The notes beneath the pieces were generated by a model. That model was given only the letters and a program-made list of their open reading frames with translations. It made no database searches and was not told where the DNA came from. Below, in pieces: positions 36,589 through 44,489 of a stretch of DNA of 64,000 nucleotides. This DNA is from Candidatus Acidiferrales bacterium. GTDB taxonomy: Bacteria > Acidobacteriota > Terriglobia > Acidiferrales > UBA7541. The position numbers were made by a program, and so were the translations under genes. The stretch covers positions 9,013-73,012 of the forward strand of contig JBJKQB010000352.1 in NCBI GenBank assembly GCA_046705825.1, read 5' to 3'. Each line of letters starts with the position of its first letter. The stretch's first letter is position 1.

Positions 36589-37149
36589 ATGAAGCTCAAA
36601 GCCGTCGTCGCTATCCTCGCTGCCTTCCTGCTGATCCCCTGCCTCTCTTTCGGCCGCAACCGGCAGAGCGCCAGCAATCCCGTTTCCGACGCGGTGCGCG
36701 CCATCGTCGCGCGCCACGGCAAAATCATGATCGCCGCGGCGGAAGAAATGCCCGCGGATAAGTACAGCTATCATCCCACGCCCGCGCAGATGACCTTCGG
36801 GCATCTCATCATGCACATCGCCGAGTCCAACGATTTCCTCTGCTCCCGGGTTTCGGGCGTGCCCGCCCCGTCGCACGGCAAGCTGGCGGACACCGATCCC
36901 AAAGCGCAACTGGTCGACGCGCTCAAAAATTCCTTCAGCTACTGCTCGACCGCGCTGGACAAGGTGAACGACTCCGATTTGACTCAGACCGTGCCTTTCT
37001 TCGGCGGACGCAAGGTCACCAAAGCCTTCATGATGATCAGCTTGACCGATGACCTGTTCGACCACTACAGCGCCCAGGCCATGTACCTGCGCCTGAACGG
37101 CCATCTGCCGCCGACGGCTGAGCACAGAATGGGCGGGATGAAGAAATAG
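36589..37149 (+). CDS. DinB family protein with signal peptide
   Basis: Start at ATG 36589 with SD ggagga. MKLKAVVAILAAFLLIPCLSFG, FGHLIMHIAESNDF and DLFDHYSQ-like His motifs of the DinB_2 fold. Confidence 0.8.
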   Translation: MKLKAVVAILAAFLLIPCLSFGRNRQSASNPVSDAVRAIVARHGKIMIAAAEEMPADKYSYHPTPAQMTFGHLIMHIAESNDFLCSRVSGVPAPSHGKLADTDPKAQLVDALKNSFSYCSTALDKVNDSDLTQTVPFFGGRKVTKAFMMISLTDDLFDHYSAQAMYLRLNGHLPPTAEHRMGGMKK

Positions 37150-37180
37150 GTGTTCGCACCCGGATCGAATCGCGTTCGGT

Positions 37181-37963
37181 TCAGGGCCGTTCCGCGATTC
37201 GTTCCTCGCGGCGCCGCTCGAGCGGGTAGCGGCCCAGCAGCCAGTTCCAGCGGATGTAAATCAGGTCGCCGAACATCTGCACGCTGTCGCGCACGACGTG
37301 CACCTTCGTCGCCGGATCGTGCGCCCAGCGCACCGGCACTTCCGCGATGCGCAGGCCGTGGCGTTTGGCCAGAAAGAGAATTTCCGGATCGAAGCCGAAG
37401 CGCTCGATGCGCTGCTGCTCGAATACGATCCGCGAGCGCTCGAGCACGAAGGCCTTGAAGCCGCACTGCGTGTCCTCAAGCGGCAGCAGCGTGAACAGCC
37501 GCACGAAGGCGTTGAAAATGATTCCGGCCAGTTCGCGGTAGGGGGATTGGTGCACCTCGATCAGCGTGCGGTCGACGGCCCGCGACCCGATGGCTACATC
37601 GTTTCCCGCCGCAATGGCGGCCAGCAGCTTGGCCGACTCCTGAATCGGTGAAGAAAGGTCCGCATCCGTGAACAGGCCGATGCGCCCGCGCGCTTCCCGC
37701 ATGCCGTGCCGCACGCTGTAGCCTTTCCCGCGGTTCGGCCCGTTCGCAACGACGCGCAGGCAGGGCATGCGGCGCGACCATTCCGCGGCGATCGTTGCGG
37801 TTGAATCGGTCGAACCATCATCCACAACGATGATTTCGATGCCGTCCAACCCGCTCTCTTTCGCCGAAAAATAATCCTGGATGCGCGCCAGTGCCGTGGG
37901 CAAGCGCTTCTCTTCGTTGTACGCCGGGATCACGATCGAGAGCTCGGGCCGCTGGTCGCTCAT
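37181..37963 (-). CDS. GT2 family glycosyltransferase (dolichyl/polyprenyl-phosphate glycosyltransferase-like)
   Basis: LSIVIPAYNEEKRL, IIVVDDGSTDST, NRGKGYSVRHG, FTDADLS and the QCGFKAF motif. Its ATG overlaps the pcm stop (ATGA). Confidence 0.85.
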   Translation of the reverse strand: MSDQRPELSIVIPAYNEEKRLPTALARIQDYFSAKESGLDGIEIIVVDDGSTDSTATIAAEWSRRMPCLRVVANGPNRGKGYSVRHGMREARGRIGLFTDADLSSPIQESAKLLAAIAAGNDVAIGSRAVDRTLIEVHQSPYRELAGIIFNAFVRLFTLLPLEDTQCGFKAFVLERSRIVFEQQRIERFGFDPEILFLAKRHGLRIAEVPVRWAHDPATKVHVVRDSVQMFGDLIYIRWNWLLGRYPLERRREERIAERP

Positions 37964-38652
37964 CCGCGCTGCGCCTGTGTCCCGCCCCAACCGTAGTGTC
38001 CCACCAGCGGCACGAAACGGCAGGCGTAGAGAGACTCCGTGGAATTTCCAGCCGCCCGCTTCGTGATCCGTAATAATTCCTGATGGTCCGCCGCTCCGAC
38101 GGGAATCACCAGACGGCCTCCTTGCGCCAGTTGCTCGATAAGCGGCGGCGGCACCGCGGGCGCAGCCGCCGTCACCAGAATGCCTTCATACGGCGCGCTG
38201 GCGGGCCACCCCCGCGAGCCGTCTCCCTGCTCCACGCGCACCTTCGCGTAGCCCAGCCGCGCCAGCCGTCCCCGCGCCGTTTCCGCCAGAGCAGGTTGCG
38301 CCTCGACCGCAATCACCTCGCGCGCCAGCAGCGACAGCACCGCGGCCTGGTATCCCGATCCCGCCCCAACTTCCAGCACGCGTTCCGAGCCCTCCAGCAA
38401 CAGCGCCTCCGCCATGGCCGCCACCATGAAAGGCTGCGAAATCGTTTGTCCCTCTCCGATAGGCAGCGGTTCGTCCGTATAGGACGCACTGACGTACTCG
38501 GCGGGTACGAACAGATGCCTTGGGACCGCGCGCATCGCCTCCAGCACCCGCTCCGAGCGGATCCCGCGTTCCTGGATCTGCCGGGCAACCATCTCCCGCC
38601 GCGCGTCCTCGAACTGGGAGCTTGTGCCGCGGGTGCACTTCTGGTCGTCCAT
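37960..38652 (-). CDS. pcm: protein-L-isoaspartate O-methyltransferase
   Basis: RHLFVPAEYVSASYTDEPLPIGEGQTISQPFMVAAM, VLEVGAGSGYQAAVLS and GGRLVIPVG. Confidence 0.9.
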   Translation of the reverse strand: MDDQKCTRGTSSQFEDARREMVARQIQERGIRSERVLEAMRAVPRHLFVPAEYVSASYTDEPLPIGEGQTISQPFMVAAMAEALLLEGSERVLEVGAGSGYQAAVLSLLAREVIAVEAQPALAETARGRLARLGYAKVRVEQGDGSRGWPASAPYEGILVTAAAPAVPPPLIEQLAQGGRLVIPVGAADHQELLRITKRAAGNSTESLYACRFVPLVGHYGWGGTQAQRG

Positions 38653-38877
38653 TCACCCGAACCTTTCCTTGTGGGATTGGAATCGTTCCCGCCGGCGCAA
38701 CGGACGGGCAGCAGCTAACGTCGAAACTATCACAGGCAGTCGCAAAACGGCCAGCTAGCAGACGGAATGGCTGGGCGGATTACCGGCGCACTGTACAAAG
38801 CGGGAAGTGACGTGGGCCAGCAGTTCCGCTATGATGAAAATCGACGATTCAACGCCGGCCCCCCAGGAGAGAAAATC

Positions 38878-39579
38878 ATGAATTTTCGTTTCACAGCAAT
38901 CGCCGCCGGTCTGTTCCTGGCGGCCTCGGCCATCGCGCAGGTTCAGCCGCAAACGCGGCCCCTGCATTATCAGCCGGGCGTGCCGGCATCGTCGGCCGCC
39001 CAGCCGGCGAGCTCCACTCCCGCGGCGCCCGCCGTGCAACCGGTCGATCCCGCCAAGGAGAAAGCTATCCGCCATCTCATGGACATTACCGGATCGTCCA
39101 AGATGGGCGACAACATGACCCAGGTCATCTCGACCCAAGTGAAGAGCATTATGAGCCGCAAGCTGCCCGCCGATCGCCTGCAGAAATTCATGGATGACTT
39201 CAACCAGAAGCTCAGCTCGCGCGCCCCGGCCAACCGTATCGAAGACGCACAGGTGCCCATCTACGCCCAGCACTTCTCCCTGCAGGAACTCCAGGGCATG
39301 ATCCAGTTCTACGAGTCGCCCGTGGGACAACAGATGGTCAAAAACCTTCCTGTCGTGATGCAGCAGTCGCAAGAGGCTGGAGCGGAAATCGAGCGAAGCG
39401 CTGCTCTCGACACGCTGAAGGACATGAGCAACGATTATCCCGAGCTGAAAACGATGCTGCCGCAGGACCAGTCCAATCCCGGCGCGCCCCAGCCGCCGGG
39501 CTCGCTGAAGCCGCAGCCGCAGCAGCCCAAACCGCAATCGCCTCAGGGGCAGCCACAGCAGCCCAAGCCGCAACAGTAG
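38878..39579 (+). CDS. DUF2059 domain-containing secreted protein with Pro/Gln-rich tail
   Basis: Start at ATG 38878 with SD aggagag. Signal peptide MNFRFTAIAAGLFLAASAIAQ. FSLQELQGMIQFYESPVGQQMVKNLP is typical of DUF2059. C-terminal PQPPGSLKPQPQQPKPQSPQGQPQQPKPQQ. Confidence 0.75.
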   Translation: MNFRFTAIAAGLFLAASAIAQVQPQTRPLHYQPGVPASSAAQPASSTPAAPAVQPVDPAKEKAIRHLMDITGSSKMGDNMTQVISTQVKSIMSRKLPADRLQKFMDDFNQKLSSRAPANRIEDAQVPIYAQHFSLQELQGMIQFYESPVGQQMVKNLPVVMQQSQEAGAEIERSAALDTLKDMSNDYPELKTMLPQDQSNPGAPQPPGSLKPQPQQPKPQSPQGQPQQPKPQQ

Positions 39580-39606
39580 CGGATCTCGTGACACTTGCGC
39601 GCGTGC

Positions 39607-39692
39607 CATTCTGAGGAGGAGCAGCACGGTTTTCGCGCCTGAAGAGATAGCCCGCGCGAAAATCGGGCGGTTTTGCGACGACGAAGAATCTC
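39607..39692 (+). repeat. intergenic repeat, family A (CATTCTGAGG ... GAAGAATCTC), long copy
   Basis: CATTCTGAGG at 39607..39616 and GAAGAATCTC at 39683..39692. The same two 10-mers recur at 42055..42064 and 42080..42089. Confidence 0.6.
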
Positions 39693-39748
39693 GGCGCCCG
39701 AACGGCGGTCACCCCCGAACGCTGCGGTGTGTCCACTATCTTCGGTAG

Positions 39749-39779
39749 TTCTCAGTAGGGGCGGGTCTCAGACCCGCCC
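39749..39779 (+). repeat. REP-like element, family B (TTCTCAGTAGGGG + 9-bp stem hairpin)
   Basis: TTCTCAGTAGGGG at 39749..39761. Stem GGGCGGGTC (39759..39767) pairs with GACCCGCCC (39771..39779), with loop TCA. Confidence 0.6.
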
Positions 39780-39879
39780 TCAGCCTTTGCGTTGTGTTCT
39801 TTTCGCGCGCGCAGGTCCGTCCATTCCTGTCATCGAAACGCGAGCCACCGAAGCCTGATCCGGCTACAATCGTGTGGCA

Positions 39880-40614
39880 ATGGACTGGTCTCCCATTTGG
39901 ATTTCCCTGGCCACCAGCGTCACCGCCACGCTGATCACCGCCGTCCTCGGTTTGATCGCCGCGGCCTGGCGCGAAAGCCGCGGCGGGCCGGTCATCGCCT
40001 TTGTCGACGGCATTTTTCTCTTGCCGCTCGTGCTTCCTCCCACCGTAGTCGGATTTTTTCTCCTCCTGCTCTTTGGACGCAATGGCCCGCTGGGCAAGGC
40101 GCTCCTTCATTTCGGAGCCCGCGTCGTCTTTTCCTGGCCGGCCACGGTGATCGCCGCCACGGTCGTCGCGTTTCCCTTGATGTATCTGACCGCGCGCGCC
40201 GCGCTCGAACAGGTCGACCGGCATGTGCTGCAGGCCGCCCGCACGCTCGGCGCCTCCGAGTGGCGCGTCTTCCGCGAAATTTCTCTCCCGCTTGCTTGGC
40301 CGGGTATTCTGGCGGGCGTGATCCTCTCCTTCGCGCGCGCTCTCGGTGAATTTGGCGCGACCCTCATGCTCGCCGGCGATATTCCCGGCCGCACCGCGAC
40401 CATCCCCATCGCCATTTACTTCGCCGTCGAGGCGGACGAGATCCGCAGCGCCCTGGCTTGGTGCGCTGTAGACGTCGTTATCTCCCTGGCTCTCCTGGCG
40501 CTGCTGTATTACTGGACCAATGCGCGCGGCTTCGCCCGTCGAAACAATGGCCGTGTCCTCCTTCGGCGTTCCGGCCAGCCCGCTATCGAATCCGCGCAGC
40601 AGGTTCGCCGCTGA
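39880..40614 (+). CDS. modB: molybdate/sulfate-type ABC transporter permease
   Basis: MDWSPIWISLATSV..., PLVLPPTVVGFFLLLLFGRNGPLG and the EAA-loop region LEQVDRHVLQAARTLGASEWRVFREISLPLAWPG. ATG at 39880; the ORF track uses GTG at 39874. Confidence 0.8.
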   Translation: MDWSPIWISLATSVTATLITAVLGLIAAAWRESRGGPVIAFVDGIFLLPLVLPPTVVGFFLLLLFGRNGPLGKALLHFGARVVFSWPATVIAATVVAFPLMYLTARAALEQVDRHVLQAARTLGASEWRVFREISLPLAWPGILAGVILSFARALGEFGATLMLAGDIPGRTATIPIAIYFAVEADEIRSALAWCAVDVVISLALLALLYYWTNARGFARRNNGRVLLRRSGQPAIESAQQVRR

Positions 40615-40621
40615 CGTGCCC

Positions 40622-41764
40622 ATGGAAATCCAAGTCGCCAAGCAATTGCCCGAGTTCACCCTCGACGTTGCTTTCCAGGTTCAGGATGACGCCCCGCTTG
40701 GAATTCTCGGGCCATCCGGTGCGGGAAAGAGCATGCTGCTGCGCTGCATCGCGGGCCTCGAGGCTCCCGATCGCGGCCGCATCACGCTGCGCGACCGCGT
40801 CCTCTTCGATTCCGCTCGCAAAATTGACGTGCCCGCGCGCTCCCGCCGCGTCGGTCTGCTGTTTCAGCATTTCGCATTGTTCCCGCACCGTACCGTGGCC
40901 GAAAATATCGCTTTTGGACTGCGCCATTTGCCTCTCGCGGAGCGCCAGTCGCGCCTGGCCGCGGTCACGCGCCAAACGCACATCGCGGGACTCGAGCATC
41001 GTTATCCACGCGAGCTTTCCGGCGGCGAGCAGCAACGTGTGGCCCTCGCGCGCGCCCTGGCCGTCGATCCCGAAGCGCTCATGCTCGACGAGCCCCTCTC
41101 CGCGCTGGACACCTACCTGCGCGGCCAGATCGAGGCGCAGCTCCAGCAGACCTTTTCCGACTATGGCCGGCCGTCTCTTCTCGTCACGCACAGCATGGAA
41201 GAGGCTTATCGGCTGTGCCGGCGCTTGCTGGTGATTTCCCGCGGCCGCGCCGCTGCCTCGGGAGACATCGAGGAAATCTTTCGCCACCCGCCCAGCGCCG
41301 AAGTCGCTCGCTTGACCGGCTGCAAGAATATTTGCCGCGCCAGACCCCTTTCCCCGCACGAAGTCGAAGCTGCCGATTGGGGCATTCGCGTCTGCGTCGC
41401 CCGAACCATTCGGCAGGCGCCTGTCTGCGTCGGCATACGCGCGCATCATATCGATTTCGTCGAGTCCGCCACGCCCGGCGCTTCCGCCGAAAATGTCTTC
41501 CCCTGCTGGCTGGTGCGCTCGTCCGAAACGCCCTTTCGCATCACTTTGTTCGTGAGCCTGCGTCCCCCGGAAACGCGCGGTCGCGGGCAAGAACACGCCG
41601 CCGTCCCGCTTCAGCAATCCCGGGAGGCGCAGCCGCGTAACGATCTTCCGGAGTTCGATCTGCAAGCGGAAGTCTTCAAGGAGAAGTGGGAACGCTTCCG
41701 CGACCGGCCCCAGCCCTGGCATGTCCGGCTCTCGCCCACCGCCCTCTTCCTCATGCCCGAGTAG
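40622..41764 (+). CDS. modC: molybdate/sulfate-type ABC transporter ATP-binding protein with C-terminal TOBE-like region
   Basis: GILGPSGAGKSMLL, Q-loop LLFQHFALFPH, LSGGEQQRVALARAL, LMLDEPLSALD and the H-loop VTHS. Confidence 0.8.
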   Translation: MEIQVAKQLPEFTLDVAFQVQDDAPLGILGPSGAGKSMLLRCIAGLEAPDRGRITLRDRVLFDSARKIDVPARSRRVGLLFQHFALFPHRTVAENIAFGLRHLPLAERQSRLAAVTRQTHIAGLEHRYPRELSGGEQQRVALARALAVDPEALMLDEPLSALDTYLRGQIEAQLQQTFSDYGRPSLLVTHSMEEAYRLCRRLLVISRGRAAASGDIEEIFRHPPSAEVARLTGCKNICRARPLSPHEVEAADWGIRVCVARTIRQAPVCVGIRAHHIDFVESATPGASAENVFPCWLVRSSETPFRITLFVSLRPPETRGRGQEHAAVPLQQSREAQPRNDLPEFDLQAEVFKEKWERFRDRPQPWHVRLSPTALFLMPE

Positions 41765-41814
41765 CTCGAACGCGTCCCGAACGCGCCGCAAAGTCGTCCG
41801 AAAATTCGTTGGAA

Positions 41815-41909
41815 GATTCTTAGGGGTCGGAGCCTGTCTGCCGACAGGCAGGCTTCAGAGCCTGTGTGAGAAGACGGTCTTCGTGTCAGGGCACGACTTC
41901 AGTCGTGCC
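41815..41909 (+). repeat. cluster of REP-like hairpins (family B followed by family C)
   Basis: GATTCTTAGGGG at 41815..41826. Hairpins CCTGTC/GACAGG (41833..41848), CAGGCT/AGCCTG (41849..41864), and TTCGTGTCAG (41880..41889) + GGCACGAC/GTCGTGCC (41890..41909). Confidence 0.65.
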
Positions 41910-42054
41910 GTAAGTGGCCTAGAATGTTTTCGGCTTTGGCCGCTGGGACATGGGTTCGCCCGGTTGTCACACAGACTCTTCAGCTCCGACATAACGACCT
42001 CGTTTTGTTTGTTTCTTGCGCTGTTCGCGCCAGCCGTTCGCCACTCCGCGCTGT

Positions 42055-42089
42055 CATTCTGAGGGCCGTCTTATCGCCCGAAGAATCTC
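42055..42089 (+). repeat. intergenic repeat, family A, short copy
   Basis: CATTCTGAGG (42055..42064) ... GAAGAATCTC (42080..42089). Confidence 0.6.
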
Positions 42090-42331
42090 TCTTCCTGCCA
42101 CGTAGGCGCGTGGCCTGTCGTGCCCGCGTCCTCTCCTTGCCTCCTGGCCTCCCTGCTTCCTTGCCTCCAGAATCTGCGAACGGCGGTGAGGGATCTGCTT
42201 TTTTCTTGCTGTTCCGCAGGAAATTCGCCCGCCCGTCCCGGGTGGGTTTCAACCTCTGCGCTGCCGCTTCGTTTGACACCCTCGCGCCGCTCAGGAATAA
42301 TCCCTCCCTGCCCGCACGGCGGGCGCTCGAC

Positions 42332-42958
42332 ATGATCGGATCCCTGCGCGGCAAGCTCGTCGACAAACGCCCCAGTCAAGTGCTGCTCGAAGTCGGCGGC
42401 GTCGGTTATCAAGTGCAAATCCCGCTCTCCACCTTCGCCGGCTTGGGCCCGCTCGGAACGGAAGCTACCCTGCTCACCTATACGCACGTGCGCGAAGACG
42501 CGCTCGCCCTTTACGGCTTCCTGACCGCGCGCGAAAAGCATTGTTTCGAGCTGCTCATTTCCGCCTCCGGCGTGGGCCCTTCGCTCGCTCTGAAAATTCT
42601 TTCCGGCATGGCCATCGACGATCTCGTTCCCGCCATTCGCAAAGGCGATTTCGCCCAGCTCGTGCGCATTCCTGGCGTGGGACGCAAGACCGCCGAACGC
42701 ATCGTGGTCGAGCTGCGCGACAAGCTGGTCGCCATCGACGTCCCCGAAACCGGCAAGCCCGCCACGCGCTCGCAGCTCGAATCCGATGTGGCTTCGGCGC
42801 TGGTCAATCTCGGTTATGATGAGCGTTCGGTCGAGAAGGCCATCGAGAAAGCGCGCGCCTCGGCGGGCGCGGATTTCGAGAATCTGCTGCGCGGGTCGCT
42901 GCAGATTCTGGGCGGCTCGGCCATGCAGAAGAGCGCCCGCGCCGTTTCGAGCGAATGA
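42332..42958 (+). CDS. ruvA: Holliday junction branch migration complex subunit RuvA
   Basis: MIGSLRGKLVDKRPSQVLLEVGGVGYQVQIPLSTF..., HhH motifs LISASGVGPSLALKILSG and IPGVGRKTAERIVVELRDK. The ORF track start at 41924 runs through the repeat region and is rejected. Confidence 0.9.
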   Translation: MIGSLRGKLVDKRPSQVLLEVGGVGYQVQIPLSTFAGLGPLGTEATLLTYTHVREDALALYGFLTAREKHCFELLISASGVGPSLALKILSGMAIDDLVPAIRKGDFAQLVRIPGVGRKTAERIVVELRDKLVAIDVPETGKPATRSQLESDVASALVNLGYDERSVEKAIEKARASAGADFENLLRGSLQILGGSAMQKSARAVSSE

Positions 42959-42997
42959 TCGCTCTTCGAGTTGGTGCGCCGCAGAAGATCGGTGTGT

Positions 42998-43069
42998 GAT
43001 TCTTAGGGGGCCGGAGCTTTAGCTCCGACGTGAAGAGTCCCTGTTTCAGTTGGGCTTTAGCCCCTGAAG
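42998..43069 (+). repeat. REP-like hairpins (family B) between ruvA and ruvB
   Basis: GATTCTTAGGGG at 42998..43009, identical to the 12-mer at 41815. Hairpin CGGAGC/GCTCCG (43012..43027), then the GGGC-TTTA-GCCC hairpin (43052..43063) flanked by TCAG/CTGA. Confidence 0.6.
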
Positions 43070-43105
43070 CTGGCATGAACGTTGCCCTCGGGATGCTAGG
43101 AGCGA

Positions 43106-44149
43106 ATGAAAGACCTGCGCAATCGAATCGTTTCCGGCCGCGCGTTCGACGAAGACGCGCGCATCGAGGCCAGCGTCCGCCCCGCCCAGTTCGACGACTA
43201 CATCGGCCAGGACCGCGTCAAAGAAAACCTGCAAATTGCCGTGCAGGCTGCCCGCGCGCGCGGCGAATCGCTCGATCATGTCCTGCTTTATGGCCCGCCG
43301 GGATTGGGCAAGACCACCCTCGCGCAGATCCTTGCCAACGAAATGGGCTCGCACATCAAGATCAGTTCGGGCCCGCTGCTGGAGAAAAAAGGGGATCTGA
43401 CCGCGATCCTCACTTCGCTCGATCCCCGCGATTTCTTTTTTCTCGACGAGATTCATCGCCTGCAGCCCGCCCTCGAGGAAATTCTCTACCCGGCGATGGA
43501 GGACTTTCGCGTCGACCTCATCATCGGCCAGGGCCCGGGCGCGCGCGTTCACCCCTATCAGCTGAATCGCTTCACGCTGGTGGGCGCCACCACCCGCGCG
43601 GGCCTCATCATGGCTCCGCTGCGCTCCCGCTTCGGCATCGTCCACCGGCTTGAGTTCTATACGCCTCAGGACTTGCTGCGCATCGTGCAGCGCTCCGCGA
43701 AAATTCTTGGCATTGCGGTCGACGAGGAAGGCGCCTCGGAAATCGCCCGCCGCAGCCGCGGCACACCGCGCGTGGCCAACCGCTTGCTCCGCCGCGTCCG
43801 CGACTACGCCGAAGTGCGCGCCCAGGGACATATTACCCTCGGCGTCGCACGCGATGCCCTGGCCATGCTCGGCGTTGACGAGCACGGCCTCGACGACGTC
43901 GACCGCAATTTGATGCTCACCATCATCCAGAAATATTCCGGTGGCCCCGTGGGATTGAACACCATTGCCGCTTCCCTCAGCGAGGATGAAGACGCCATCG
44001 AGGAGATTTACGAGCCCTACCTCATGCAACTGGGCCTCCTCGACCGCACCCAGCGTGGCCGCGTCGCCACCCCCCTCGCCTACAAGCATTTCGGCTTGCC
44101 CTTCGAAGGCACCCCCCGCGCCAACACTCGCCAGGCCGGCCTGTTCTAG
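43106..44149 (+). CDS. ruvB: Holliday junction DNA helicase RuvB
   Basis: [18 protein letters not shown], Walker [12 protein letters not shown], Walker [18 protein letters not shown] and [16 protein letters not shown]. Confidence 0.95.
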   Translation: MKDLRNRIVSGRAFDEDARIEASVRPAQFDDYIGQDRVKENLQIAVQAARARGESLDHVLLYGPPGLGKTTLAQILANEMGSHIKISSGPLLEKKGDLTAILTSLDPRDFFFLDEIHRLQPALEEILYPAMEDFRVDLIIGQGPGARVHPYQLNRFTLVGATTRAGLIMAPLRSRFGIVHRLEFYTPQDLLRIVQRSAKILGIAVDEEGASEIARRSRGTPRVANRLLRRVRDYAEVRAQGHITLGVARDALAMLGVDEHGLDDVDRNLMLTIIQKYSGGPVGLNTIAASLSEDEDAIEEIYEPYLMQLGLLDRTQRGRVATPLAYKHFGLPFEGTPRANTRQAGLF

Positions 44150-44212
44150 AATCCCCCTTCAGATTGCCGCCGGCAGCCTCGGTTGGCGCTTCCATGAGCG
44201 CGGGAGATGGTT

Positions 44213-44242
44213 TTCGTGTCAGCCCCGCACTTGAGTGCGGGG
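44213..44242 (+). repeat. REP-like element, family C (TTCGTGTCAG + 8-bp stem hairpin)
   Basis: TTCGTGTCAG at 44213..44222, identical to the 10-mer at 41880. Stem CCCCGCAC (44223..44230) pairs with GTGCGGGG (44235..44242), with loop TTGA. Confidence 0.6.
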
Positions 44243-44316
44243 GAGCATCGCGCTTTCCAATGACAGTTCGACCAGCCGTTAGCGAAACAAAAGCGAATGC
44301 CTCACGGAGTAGGTCC

Positions 44317-44340
44317 TTGATGGGCACGCGTGCCCATCAA
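44317..44340. repeat. 24-nt perfect palindrome between convergent ruvB and DUF1697 genes
   Basis: TTGATGGGCACG|CGTGCCCATCAA read directly from the sequence. It is followed by an A/T-rich tract. Candidate bidirectional terminator or protein-binding site. Confidence 0.6.
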
Positions 44341-44489
44341 AAGTTCTGCGGAATCAATAACATGACTTAAATTGATGGATACAGATTGGAGTGTTTTATT
44401 TTCGCTTATTGTTCGCTTTTTTGTCTGGTCCTGGTACTCAACTTTACTGCTCGCCTGTGACCAACATCACGCCAACCTCGGGCGACGCT

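Noticed and set aside
38755-39627. 290-aa minus-strand ORF
   Set aside because: It is antisense to the DUF2059 gene. Its Leu/Arg-rich repeats are the mirror image of the PQ-rich tail.
39580-39879. Molybdenum-cofactor riboswitch upstream of modB
   Set aside because: I looked for a conserved Moco-motif-like structure. The region is occupied by family A and B repeats, and I cannot match the riboswitch consensus from memory. An Infernal scan is needed before making any claim.
40583-41791. 402-aa minus-strand ORF; similar cases are 43046..44089, 46839..48377, 51518..52573, 54766..56085 and 61131..62165
   Set aside because: Each is antisense to a gene with unambiguous motifs (modC, ruvB, M28 peptidase, mltG, pfk, tal/FAH). 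All are long open frames expected by chance in G+C-rich DNA.
41924-42331. N-terminal 136-aa extension of ruvA in the ORF track
   Set aside because: The extension runs through REP-like repeats and a CT-rich tract and reads as repeat-derived sequence. Canonical RuvA begins at MIGSLRGKL (ATG 42332).
39580-44340. Whether the recurring hairpin repeats could be a CRISPR array
   Set aside because: The repeats are of several different families. They are irregularly spaced, separated by whole genes, individually palindromic and not flanked by cas genes. This is REP/MITE-like organisation, not CRISPR.
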